From contig CAYXTI010000016.1 in NCBI GenBank assembly GCA_964468495.1, positions 35,487 through 99,486 on the forward strand: a stretch of 64,000 bases of DNA. The letters run 5' to 3'. The stretch comes from an uncultured Rickettsiaceae bacterium (GTDB lineage: Bacteria > Pseudomonadota > Alphaproteobacteria > Rickettsiales > Rickettsiaceae). Each line of letters begins with the position of its first letter. Position 1 is the first letter of the stretch. This document shows positions 54,707 to 63,691 of the stretch, one piece after another. The translations under genes and the position numbers were made by a program. The notes under the pieces are model-generated. The model had not been told where the DNA came from. It did not search any database and worked only from the letters and a program-made list of their open reading frames with translations.

Positions 54707-57361
54707 TTATATCATTTCACTTATTATTGTTTTAAATATTCCTCCTTTGTTAAGGTATTCTATTTCTGTATCAGTATAAACCTGAAGCACTGCATTAAAT
54801 ATATCATAACCCTTATCACCATCCCTTTTAATAGTACAACTTAACGAAGTATACGGAGTAATAGTATTATTTAAACCAAGTATACTAATTTCTTCTGTTC
54901 CTTTTATATTTAAGTCTTTCCATGATAATCCACACTCTAAAGTAATAGGTAAAACACACATACCAATTAAATTTGACCTATGTATTCTTTCAAAACTTAC
55001 AGCAATAACAGCTTTTACCCCTAACAACGAAGTGCCTTTTGCAGCCCAATCTCTTGATGATCCTGTTCCATACTCCTTACCTGCAAATATAACTAAAGGA
55101 ATATTCTTTTTTTGATATTCCATAGCTGCATCATAAATACTTTTTTGTTCGCCAGTAATATGATCAATAGTAAACCCTCCTTCAATTTCTGGACATAATA
55201 AATTTTTAATCCTAATATTGGCAAAAGTTCCTCTCATCATCACCTCATGGTTACCTCTTCTTGATCCATAAGAATTAAATTTTTCTGGGCTAACATTATT
55301 ACTAATTAGATATTGGCCAGCAACACTATCTTTACTAATATTACCTGCTGGAGAAATATGATCAGTAGTAATAGAGTCGCCTAATAATGCTAATATTCTT
55401 GCGCTATGAATATTACTAACTTTAGGACTAATATTATTTTTATCAAAATAAGGAGGTTTTTTTATATAAGTACTATTATTATTCCAATTATAAGTATCAC
55501 TTTCTACAATAGCTATATTTTCCCATAATTGGTTACCTTTAAAAACATTAGAATATTTTTCTAAGAACATTTTTTTATTAAGATGAAGCTTAATTTCATG
55601 ATCTATTTCCTCTTTAGATGGTAAGATATCTCTTAAATATACTGCTTTTCTTTCATTAGTAAAAGCTATTGGATCATTATATAAATTAATATTAACAGTA
55701 CCAGCTATAGCATAAGCTATAACCAATGGAGGAGAAGCAAGATAATTTGCTTTTACTAAAGGATGAATACGACCTTCAAAATTTCTATTACCAGATAATA
55801 CTGATGCTACTACTAAACTATTATCTATAATTACTTTTTCTATTTTACTATCTAATGGTCCTGAATTTCCAATACAAGTAGTGCAACCATAAGCTATTAA
55901 ATTAAACCCCAATTGATCTAAATATACATTTAATCCACTTTTAAATAAATATTCTTTTACTATCTGAGATCCTGGAGCCAAAGAAGTTTTTACCCACGGT
56001 TTAACTCTTAAACCCATTGTCACCGCCTTACGTGCCATTATAGCTGCTGCAAACATAACTGATGGGTTAGAAGTATTAGTACAACTAGTAATAGCAGCTA
56101 TTACTACTGATCCATCCATTATGCTATTACCTAGTTTATCATACTGATATTTGATATTATTAGTTAATTCTTTATTATTAGGTAATGAATTAACAAAGCT
56201 AGCAGCTACATTTTCTAAATTCACTCTATCTTGAGGACGCTTTGGACCTGATAAAGATATGCTAATAGAAGATAAGTCAATTTCTATTACGTCTGTATAT
56301 TGAGGTTCACAAGATGTACGCCATAAATGTTGTATTTTAGCATAAGATTCTACTATATTTACATGATCATCGCTACGACCAGTAAATTTTAAATAATTAA
56401 TAGTTTCTTTATCTATAGGAAAGAATCCACAAGTAGCTCCATATTCTGGGGCCATATTTGCTATAGTAGCTCTATCTGCTAACGATAAATTATCTAACCC
56501 AGGACCGAAAAATTCAACAAATTTACCTACTACACCTTTTTTTCTTAATTTTTCAGTTACTGTTAAAACTAAATCTGTTGCTGTAATATCATTCTTTATA
56601 ATACCTACAAATTTTACTCCTATTACTTCTGGTAAAACCATACTTAACCCTTTTCCTAACATTGCTGCCTCTGCCTCAATTCCACCTACTCCCCATCCTA
56701 GCACTGACAATGCATTCACCATAGTAGTATGACTATCTGTTCCAACTATAGTATCGGGATACAACAACTTATTATCTTCATTCCACACTGTTTTTGCTAA
56801 ATATTCTAAATTAACTTGATGACAAATCCCTGTTCCTGGAGGTACAACTCTAAAATTTGCAAAGCTTTTTTGTCCCCATTTCAGAAATTCGTAGCGTTCA
56901 ATATTACGCTCTAACTCTTTTTTTTCATTAACTAAAAAAGCATCGTTACTTCCATATAAATCTACTTGTACAGAATGATCAATTACTAAATCAACTGGAA
57001 TTACAGGGTTTATTATATTTGGATTCTTTCCTGTTTTTTTTATAGCATCCCTCATTGCTGCAAGATCTACTATTGCTGGGACTCCTGTGAAATCCTGCAT
57101 AAGAACTCGATTAGGATTATAATTAATTTCTGCTGACGATTTTTTATCAATAATCCATTGTTGAAAAAATGATAACCTTTCTTTTGATGCGCCATTTCGT
57201 ACATTATTTTCAAAAAGAATTCTTAAACTATAGGGTAATTTATATAAATCTAATCCAATAAATTCAGCAACCTTTGAAATATCATAAATTTTATAATTTT
57301 TATCATTTATATTCACAAACCTTGTGTTTGCTTCTTTTTTTTCTATGTCCATAACTAACAA
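54707..57361 (-). CDS. acnA: Aconitate hydratase A
   Basis: 884 aa. MQDFTGVPAIVDLAAMRD, GTDSHTTM, ITSCTNTSNP, CTTCIGNSG. The start could be the Met at 57352. Confidence 0.97.
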   Translation of the reverse strand: MLVMDIEKKEANTRFVNINDKNYKIYDISKVAEFIGLDLYKLPYSLRILFENNVRNGASKERLSFFQQWIIDKKSSAEINYNPNRVLMQDFTGVPAIVDLAAMRDAIKKTGKNPNIINPVIPVDLVIDHSVQVDLYGSNDAFLVNEKKELERNIERYEFLKWGQKSFANFRVVPPGTGICHQVNLEYLAKTVWNEDNKLLYPDTIVGTDSHTTMVNALSVLGWGVGGIEAEAAMLGKGLSMVLPEVIGVKFVGIIKNDITATDLVLTVTEKLRKKGVVGKFVEFFGPGLDNLSLADRATIANMAPEYGATCGFFPIDKETINYLKFTGRSDDHVNIVESYAKIQHLWRTSCEPQYTDVIEIDLSSISISLSGPKRPQDRVNLENVAASFVNSLPNNKELTNNIKYQYDKLGNSIMDGSVVIAAITSCTNTSNPSVMFAAAIMARKAVTMGLRVKPWVKTSLAPGSQIVKEYLFKSGLNVYLDQLGFNLIAYGCTTCIGNSGPLDSKIEKVIIDNSLVVASVLSGNRNFEGRIHPLVKANYLASPPLVIAYAIAGTVNINLYNDPIAFTNERKAVYLRDILPSKEEIDHEIKLHLNKKMFLEKYSNVFKGNQLWENIAIVESDTYNWNNNSTYIKKPPYFDKNNISPKVSNIHSARILALLGDSITTDHISPAGNISKDSVAGQYLISNNVSPEKFNSYGSRRGNHEVMMRGTFANIRIKNLLCPEIEGGFTIDHITGEQKSIYDAAMEYQKKNIPLVIFAGKEYGTGSSRDWAAKGTSLLGVKAVIAVSFERIHRSNLIGMCVLPITLECGLSWKDLNIKGTEEISILGLNNTITPYTSLSCTIKRDGDKGYDIFNAVLQVYTDTEIEYLNKGGIFKTIISEMI

Positions 57362-57406
57362 CTTACCTATAGGGTCAAACTTATTTTCTATAATAAAAAC
57401 TTCTAG

Positions 57407-57434
57407 TAAAATTTACTTATCTAAGTAAATTTTA
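57407..57434. repeat. 28-bp near-continuous palindrome (13-bp arms, 2-nt centre)
   Basis: taaaatttactta / tc / taagtaaatttta read directly. About 50 nt upstream of the acnA start in the acnA-ccmA divergent spacer. Confidence 0.75.
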
Positions 57435-57556
57435 TATTTAGATATCAAATACTATACTTAGTTTAAGTAGAATTAGCAAATTATACTAACCAGATATTAG
57501 GTATTTAATACTATCTAGTATACTATAATAAACTAAGTTTTTTAGTCTTATCTTAG

Positions 57557-57581
57557 TAATAAGATATTGAATATCTTATTA
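57557..57581. repeat. 25-bp palindrome (12-bp arms, 1-nt centre)
   Basis: taataagatatt / g / aatatcttatta read directly. About 95 nt upstream of ccmA. Confidence 0.75.
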
Positions 57582-57674
57582 ATGATTTGTTTCAAATAAA
57601 AAACATGTTAAATTTAAAACTTAAAGCAAATAATTTTATATTTCTTAATATAAAAACATAATTAATAAAAAAAA

Positions 57675-58280
57675 ATGCTATCTTTACACTCAATACAAAT
57701 AACTGTAAATAATATTACTCTAATCAAGAATTTGTCTATTAGTTTTTTACCTTCTTCTATCATTCATTTAAAAGGCCCTAATGGATCAGGTAAAACATCT
57801 CTTCTACAAGTAATTGCTGGAATAAAACTACCTAATAATGGTGTAATTACTGTTAACAAAAAAAATATCCCAATTATTAATATAAAAAAGCCTTATTGCA
57901 CTTATATAGGACATAATATAGGAATTAAATATAATTTAACTGTATATGAAAATTTATATTTTTGGTCATTAATATATAACACAAAAGAGTTATTAGATGC
58001 TACTATCAAATACTTTAATTTATTACAAATAATGCACTCTAAATGCTATGAATTATCAGCTGGGACCATAAAAAAAATTGCTTTAGCTCAACTATTTATA
58101 TGCTATTCAGATTTGTGGTTACTAGATGAAATAGACTCAAACCTAGATCAAAATAATCGCAAATTATTAACTAATATTATCCTTACTAAAGCCAGCAATG
58201 GAGGAATTATTTTATTTAGCAGCCATAACCACAATAGTAATTATACTAATACTACTACCTTAGATATCACAAACTATTAA
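57675..58280 (+). CDS. ccmA: Heme ABC exporter ATP-binding protein CcmA
   Basis: 201 aa. GPNGSGKTSLLQVIAG Walker A, LSAGTIKKIALAQ signature, LWLLDE Walker B. Followed by ccmB. Confidence 0.88.
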   Translation: MLSLHSIQITVNNITLIKNLSISFLPSSIIHLKGPNGSGKTSLLQVIAGIKLPNNGVITVNKKNIPIINIKKPYCTYIGHNIGIKYNLTVYENLYFWSLIYNTKELLDATIKYFNLLQIMHSKCYELSAGTIKKIALAQLFICYSDLWLLDEIDSNLDQNNRKLLTNIILTKASNGGIILFSSHNHNSNYTNTTTLDITNY

Positions 58281-58306
58281 TTACGCTAAAAATTGCATCA
58301 ATATTA

Positions 58307-58948
58307 ATGATTAAAATATTAACAATCAGAGAATTACAAATTCAATATAAAATTTACCACCTAATAAAATTCTTTTTTATTTTTTTTGCTTTTTCTATTT
58401 TATGTCCAACACTTATTAGTCGCCATCAACAAATTACACTATTTGGTACAGCCTTTTCAATAATTTCTATTCCACTTGCTTTTATTAGCATGCCTCAAAA
58501 CATTATAAAATCAGATAATGAAGACGGAAGTCTAGAAATATTATTATTATCTTGCTCAACTTATACTATAATTATATCAAAATACATAGCGTTATGTATT
58601 TGTGCTATAATTAGTTATATATTATATGCTCCACTAATATTACTGATATTCTCTTTCTCATTTTACTCTTTTATGTATATTACAATATGTGCAATAATAC
58701 TAATTCTAGTAAGTGGTAGTATAACTATTTTAATTTCATCTATTCAAGTTTATTTTAGAGAAAATACTAATTTTCTATCTATATGCATAATACCTTTAAT
58801 TATACCTTATATAATTTTAACAGGATTAGTACTACAAAATATACAACCATTAGATTTTATCACTATCATGATTGGAATTAGCTTAATTATTATTCCTTTA
58901 TCACTACATTGTTCCAGTTACTTAGTAGAAAATATATATAATGTTTAA
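58307..58948 (+). CDS. ccmB: Heme exporter protein B
   Basis: 213-aa six-TM ORF directly after ccmA. EDGSLE motif. Confidence 0.85.
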   Translation: MIKILTIRELQIQYKIYHLIKFFFIFFAFSILCPTLISRHQQITLFGTAFSIISIPLAFISMPQNIIKSDNEDGSLEILLLSCSTYTIIISKYIALCICAIISYILYAPLILLIFSFSFYSFMYITICAIILILVSGSITILISSIQVYFRENTNFLSICIIPLIIPYIILTGLVLQNIQPLDFITIMIGISLIIIPLSLHCSSYLVENIYNV

Positions 58949-59011
58949 TAACAAAATTTTAAAGATTATTACTAGATTAATATTTTAGACCTATTTATAA
59001 ATGATTTAGCC

Positions 59012-59098
59012 TGGTGCGGCTGAGAAGACTCGAACTTCCAATCATTTTCAGAACAGCAACCTCAATGCTGCGCGTATACCTAATTCCGCCACAACCGC
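59012..59098 (-). tRNA. tRNA-Leu (anticodon GAG), type II with long variable arm, CCA encoded
   Basis: Reverse complement gcggttg..cagca-TTGAGGT-tgctg..long arm..ggaag-ttcgagt-cttct-cagccgc-acca. Confidence 0.9.
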
Positions 59099-59155
59099 TC
59101 AATTCAAAAAATTACTACTACCTACTGACTAATAATAACAATTTTTAACATTTAA

Positions 59156-59179
59156 TTGAATATATAGGTATATATTCAA
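59156..59179 (-). terminator. Candidate terminator of infA (11-bp arms, 2-nt centre)
   Basis: ttgaatatata / gg / tatatattcaa read directly. Begins 10 nt downstream of the infA stop. Confidence 0.4.
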
Positions 59180-59188
59180 AAATATCAA

Positions 59189-59404
59189 TTAACTACGGTG
59201 GATAACTCTTCCTTTTGTTAAATCATAAGGAGTCATCTCAACTTTCACCTTATCCCCTGCAAGGATTCTAATACGGTTTTTTCTAATTTTTCCAGAAGTA
59301 TGAGCAATAATCTTATGTCCATTTTCAAGTAATACTCTAAAATGCACATTTGGAAGTAACTCAATAACTTCGCCATCAAAATGAATTAATTCTTCTTTTG
59401 CCAT
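59189..59404 (-). CDS. infA: Translation initiation factor IF-1
   Basis: 71 aa. [67 protein letters not shown]. Confidence 0.97.
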   Translation of the reverse strand: MAKEELIHFDGEVIELLPNVHFRVLLENGHKIIAHTSGKIRKNRIRILAGDKVKVEMTPYDLTKGRVIHRS

Positions 59405-59582
59405 AAAATTATATTTTAAATTATAAGTAGTAATATATACAATATACTTATTAAATAACCTTTACGTACTAAATTAAATAAAAATACAATACAACAGAAT
59501 CATAAAAAATATATTATATATCTCTTACATAATTTAATTAATAATTCCATTAAGATTTTATTTAAATGTTATTATATCACAA

Positions 59583-59608
59583 TTTTAATACTAATATTAG
59601 TATTAAAA
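59583..59608. repeat. 26-bp perfect palindrome
   Basis: ttttaatactaat|attagtattaaaa read directly. Lies in the infA / tRNA-Arg spacer. Confidence 0.85.
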
Positions 59609-59748
59609 ACACTTATAAGTATTTTTTATCTTTATAGCACTGGTTTTAAAAATTAACTAATAATATTTTTCGGGTATTATCTTTAACTACAATAATACCA
59701 ACTATTAAAAATTATTTAAAGCAAATATTTTTCCTTAACATAATGTTA

Positions 59749-59777
59749 TTGACACTATAGCAATTTCATCTTATATT
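59749..59777 (+). promoter_or_regulatory. Candidate sigma70 promoter for tRNA-Arg
   Basis: TTGACA (59749-59754), 17-nt spacer, TATATT (59772-59777). About 98 nt upstream of the tRNA 5' end. Confidence 0.35.
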
Positions 59778-59875
59778 TTAGCTTTTTCTAATTTTTTTGC
59801 TATTATTTGCTATATAGCAGTATATTACAAAAAGTAAAAAATAACAATAATTGTAATAATATAATTAATAAAACT

Positions 59876-59949
59876 GCACCCGTAGCTCAATAGGATAGAG
59901 TACTTGACTACGAATCAAGAGGTTAGAGGTTCAACTCCTCTCGGGTGCA
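59876..59949 (+). tRNA. tRNA-Arg (anticodon ACG)
   Basis: gcacccg ta gctc..gagt a cttga-CTACGAA-tcaag aggtt agagg-ttcaact-cctct cgggtgc a. CCA is not encoded. Confidence 0.92.
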
Positions 59950-59991
59950 CAAACAATAAAAATCATTAACTAAAATTTGACATAACTCTTG

Positions 59992-60516
59992 CTATTTAAG
60001 CTGCATTAAATAAGAGATAACATCTGCAATATCTTGAGGTTTTTGAAGCCCTATAAAAGACATTTTTGTTCCAGGCATATATTGCCTTGGTTTTTGAAGA
60101 AAATAAAACAAGCTTTCATAATCCCATACCCCTCCCGCTTCCAGTAAAGCCTTAGAATAAGAGAACCCTTCTTTACTAGCTTTAGGAAAATTTACTATAT
60201 TATACAAGTTAGGACCAATCTTATTATCTCCATTTTTATTAAAACTATGACATGAAATACATTTTTTTATAACTTTCTCTCCTTGTTGTGCATTAGCTTT
60301 TGTCATTAACTCTGCTATATTGATCTTAGGTTTAGCCTTATCATTTGCTGTAACATCTATTTCCTCTTCTTCATCGACACCAGGAATAATGTGACCTCTT
60401 TCAGCTATTTTTAAAACAGGCTTATATAATGAATCAGCAACTACTCCTACTATAACAGTAATTAAAGTTCCTAATAGAACTGCAGCAGCTATTTTATTTA
60501 ATTCTAACCCAGACAT
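59992..60516 (-). CDS. cycM: Membrane-anchored class I cytochrome c (CycM-like)
   Basis: 174 aa. N-terminal TM anchor, CISCH heme-binding motif, PGTKMSF axial Met region. Confidence 0.88.
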   Translation of the reverse strand: MSGLELNKIAAAVLLGTLITVIVGVVADSLYKPVLKIAERGHIIPGVDEEEEIDVTANDKAKPKINIAELMTKANAQQGEKVIKKCISCHSFNKNGDNKIGPNLYNIVNFPKASKEGFSYSKALLEAGGVWDYESLFYFLQKPRQYMPGTKMSFIGLQKPQDIADVISYLMQLK

Positions 60517-60639
60517 AAATTTTTAGTTATATTTAGATTATTTATTTATTAACTAAAATAAATAATATTATTTCAATAAATATTTCATGATTAACAATTT
60601 TTATTTCCATATATGCTACCTGTAACTTATTAATATGCT

Positions 60640-61671
60640 TCAATCACTAAAAACATCAACTAAATTCCATCGCGCTCTTGGAGAAAAATCAATATTATTA
60701 ATTATACCAGCTTTAAATCTCTCAAGTCCAGCAAAAGCTATCATTACAGCATTATCAGTACATAATTTTACAGGAGGAACTACAAAATTATAGCCATAAT
60801 CAGTAGCAACATCATTAAGTGTTTTTCTAATTACTAAATTACTAGCCACCCCTCCTGATGCTACTAAAGTCTTTACTTTATAGTATTTTTCGTATTCAGC
60901 AATAGCTAACTTAGTCTTTTTTTCAATAATCTTAGATACTGTATTTTGAAAACTAGCAGCTATATCATAAACATCTTGATTAGTTAAAGGAATAATTTTA
61001 TCTATAGTATTTTTTACTGCTGTTTTTAATCCTGAAAAAGAAAGATAACAATTTTTTTTATTAATTAATGGAGCTGGGAAATTATATTTATTTTTATCTC
61101 CTAGTTTAGCTTTTTGTTCAATTTTTGGGCCTCCAGGAAATCCTAAATTTAACATTTTGCTAACTTTATCAAAAGTTTCTCCTATTGAATCATCTAAAGT
61201 TTCACCAATTATTTTATATTTAGCAAGTTTTTCTACTATAACAAACTGTGAATGACCACCACTTACTAATAAAAGCAGGTATGGATAGTCAACGGAGTGA
61301 GTAAATTTTACAGTTAAAGCATGACCTTCAAGATGATTAACAGCAATAAGAGGTTTTTTTAATACACTAGATAAAGCTTTTGCAAACATTGTTCCAATAA
61401 TAACTCCTCCTATTAACCCAGGACCAGAAGTAACTGCTATTACATTAATATCATTAATAGTTATTTTTGCTCTTTTTAGTGCTTTATTAATAGCAAGCTC
61501 TAAATTAGTTAAATGCAATCTAGCGGCAATTTCAGGAACTACTCCTTGATATAGAGCATGTTCCCTTTGCCCTATTATTACATTTGATAAAACCCCAAAA
61601 TCTGATTTAATAATAGCAACACAGCTATCATCGCAACTAGATTCGAGTCCTAAAACAATAATATTATCCAT
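60640..61671 (-). CDS. tsaD: tRNA N6-adenosine threonylcarbamoyltransferase TsaD
   Basis: 343 aa. ILGLESSCDDSCVAI, VNHLEGH, SGGVASN. Confidence 0.95.
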   Translation of the reverse strand: MDNIIVLGLESSCDDSCVAIIKSDFGVLSNVIIGQREHALYQGVVPEIAARLHLTNLELAINKALKRAKITINDINVIAVTSGPGLIGGVIIGTMFAKALSSVLKKPLIAVNHLEGHALTVKFTHSVDYPYLLLLVSGGHSQFVIVEKLAKYKIIGETLDDSIGETFDKVSKMLNLGFPGGPKIEQKAKLGDKNKYNFPAPLINKKNCYLSFSGLKTAVKNTIDKIIPLTNQDVYDIAASFQNTVSKIIEKKTKLAIAEYEKYYKVKTLVASGGVASNLVIRKTLNDVATDYGYNFVVPPVKLCTDNAVMIAFAGLERFKAGIINNIDFSPRARWNLVDVFSD

Positions 61672-61924
61672 AAAAAACTATTTTTTATAATTTTATAATA
61701 CTATCAACTTGATTTTTATATAATTTAAATAACTAATTATTATTACTTGACTTCATATTTAATATACTTTAGTAGTAGTGAAAGAAAATGATTTTCATTA
61801 TTATAATTGTATTATTCTAATAAATAAATCATAATCATCTAGCGAAATAATAAAATGCTAACGTTGATATTATCACAACATTATACTTTATAGAGTGTTG
61901 ATTTGTAACCTAAATTTTTATATT

Positions 61925-62002
61925 GGCGAATGTAGCTCAGTTTGGTAGAGCCCCAGATTGTGGTTCTGGTTGTCGCCGGTTCAAGTCCGGTCATTCGCCC
62001 CA
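61925..62002 (+). tRNA. tRNA-His (anticodon GUG) with encoded G-1 and CCA
   Basis: g-gcgaatg ta gctc..gagc c ccaga-TTGTGGT-tctgg ttgtc gccgg-ttcaagt-ccggt cattcgc-c-cca. G-1 can pair with C73. Confidence 0.92.
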
Positions 62003-62010
62003 ATTATAAG

Positions 62011-62037
62011 TTATTAAAGCTATTAAAACTTTAATAA
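62011..62037. terminator. Hairpin (9-bp stem, 9-nt loop) between convergent tRNA-His and mrp
   Basis: ttattaaag / ctattaaaa / ctttaataa read directly. Weak, AT-rich stem. Confidence 0.25.
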
Positions 62038-62084
62038 TGCTGAATAAAAACTATTTATTTCTGTATAATGAAGTGATTGGTAAA

Positions 62085-63107
62085 TCAGTCAACAAAAAAA
62101 CTAGTATCTACTAGACTAAAGAATTTATCAAGACTTTTTCCTAAATCACAAAAATTAGCAAGCTCAGGATCTAATACTACCTTAGCTAATATAGGTATAG
62201 CATATTTATTAGCTAAATATTGCCCTGCATTTCCTGGAAATAATTTTACCTTTCTATTATTAGTAATATCAAAATAATAGCTCATATTCTCTATTACAGC
62301 CTTAACAGGTACAGTAAATCTATTATATAAGTTTATAGACCTTTCAACATCTATAGATGATACTAATTGAGGAGTAGTTATCATAATAACCCCATGTACT
62401 TGATACTGACCCAACAAACTTAAATGGATATCTCCAGTACCAGGAGGCATATCAATAAATAAATAATCTAACGCTCCCCACTTAGTTAAACTTAATAATT
62501 GATAAAAAACCTTACTTATCATTGGTCCTCTTAGGCTAAGAGCGTCAGAAGAATTTACTAAAAAACCAATAGAATTTATATATACTCCAAAATTATTTAA
62601 AGGTATCATTTTTTTATCTTCTATATCTGGCTTATCAGACAAGCCAAAAATAGTAGGAATAGATGGTCCATATATATCTGCATCTAATAGACCTATTTTA
62701 TATCCTAAAGAAGCTAATTTTTGAGCAAATAAAGATGAAATAGTTGACTTCCCAACCCCTCCTTTACCAGAGGAAGTTAAAATAATCTTTTTGATATCAT
62801 TAATTTTAATTTTCTTAGTACTAAAATTATTATTAATTTTCCTGTTCTTAATAAGAGGTGAAGGCTCATTACTAGTTAATGCTATATTAATTTTGCCTAT
62901 ATCACTACGTTGCTGTAATAAAACTATAATTTCCTGTTTCATTTTATTAGCAGTAGTAATATCTAATCCGGTTATATCGATAACAAAAAATACATCTCCA
63001 TTATCTTTTATCTCTATACCAGATACCCTATCTAAAACCTTAGAAAAATCAGAAAAAATAGTACTCTTGAGTACATCTTCTATATATAACTTAAGCGAAT
63101 TAATCAT
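62085..63107 (-). CDS. mrp: Fe-S cluster carrier ATPase Mrp/ApbC
   Basis: 340 aa. SGKGGVGKST deviant Walker A, DMPPGTGD, and an N-terminal domain seen in Mrp/ApbC proteins. Confidence 0.9.
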   Translation of the reverse strand: MINSLKLYIEDVLKSTIFSDFSKVLDRVSGIEIKDNGDVFFVIDITGLDITTANKMKQEIIVLLQQRSDIGKINIALTSNEPSPLIKNRKINNNFSTKKIKINDIKKIILTSSGKGGVGKSTISSLFAQKLASLGYKIGLLDADIYGPSIPTIFGLSDKPDIEDKKMIPLNNFGVYINSIGFLVNSSDALSLRGPMISKVFYQLLSLTKWGALDYLFIDMPPGTGDIHLSLLGQYQVHGVIMITTPQLVSSIDVERSINLYNRFTVPVKAVIENMSYYFDITNNRKVKLFPGNAGQYLANKYAIPILAKVVLDPELANFCDLGKSLDKFFSLVDTSFFVD

Positions 63108-63691
63108 TGTTATTTAGATAAAATTAATTACTTAATTTAATTTATTAACCTACTAAATAATAGTATATACATATTTTAAAATTATATAACTAATAATAAC
63201 TTATATTTTAAAACAATACAAAAACTAGCAATAAATTATAAATAAATTAATAATATATCAAGGTTATTGACATATAACATAAAATAAGTTAGGTTTTTAT
63301 ATATGAAGCTAGATGCTCAATAAACACTTAATTACTAAATATTGTTTTAAGATAGGTTTTATTACCATAGATTATAGAAATCAATTATAAGCAATGCTAT
63401 ATTGATTTAGTGATATTTACTAAAGTAATAAAGTTTGGCATTTAGTTTTTAGTAATTTAAATAAAAAATAATCTAAAGTTATTAAAAAATTAAGATCATT
63501 CCGATGTTAATGTCTTGAAAAATAGCATAGCTAGATCTATTTTTTGATGTATTTCATTTTTAATATTTTTTATTTAAATAATTTTTTAATTATTTAAAAA
63601 TCAATAATCAATATTTTTTAAGTGCAAGCTTATCAGTTAATCAATAAATTTGTAAAAAATGTTTTATAATTATTAATAATATTTATAAAAA

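Noticed and set aside
38902-57581. Apparent repeat families among hairpin arms: aagatatt/aatatctt at 38902 and 57557, aaatttact/agtaaattt at 29330 and 57407, and ttattaaag/ctttaataa at 4158 and 62011.
   Set aside because: The shared words are only 8-9 nt and almost pure A/T. By a rough composition estimate, several chance occurrences of each are expected in 64 kb, so they do not support a repeat family.
62077-63117. Plus-strand ORFs of 66 and 108 aa overlapping mrp.
   Set aside because: They are antisense to a clear Mrp/ApbC gene.
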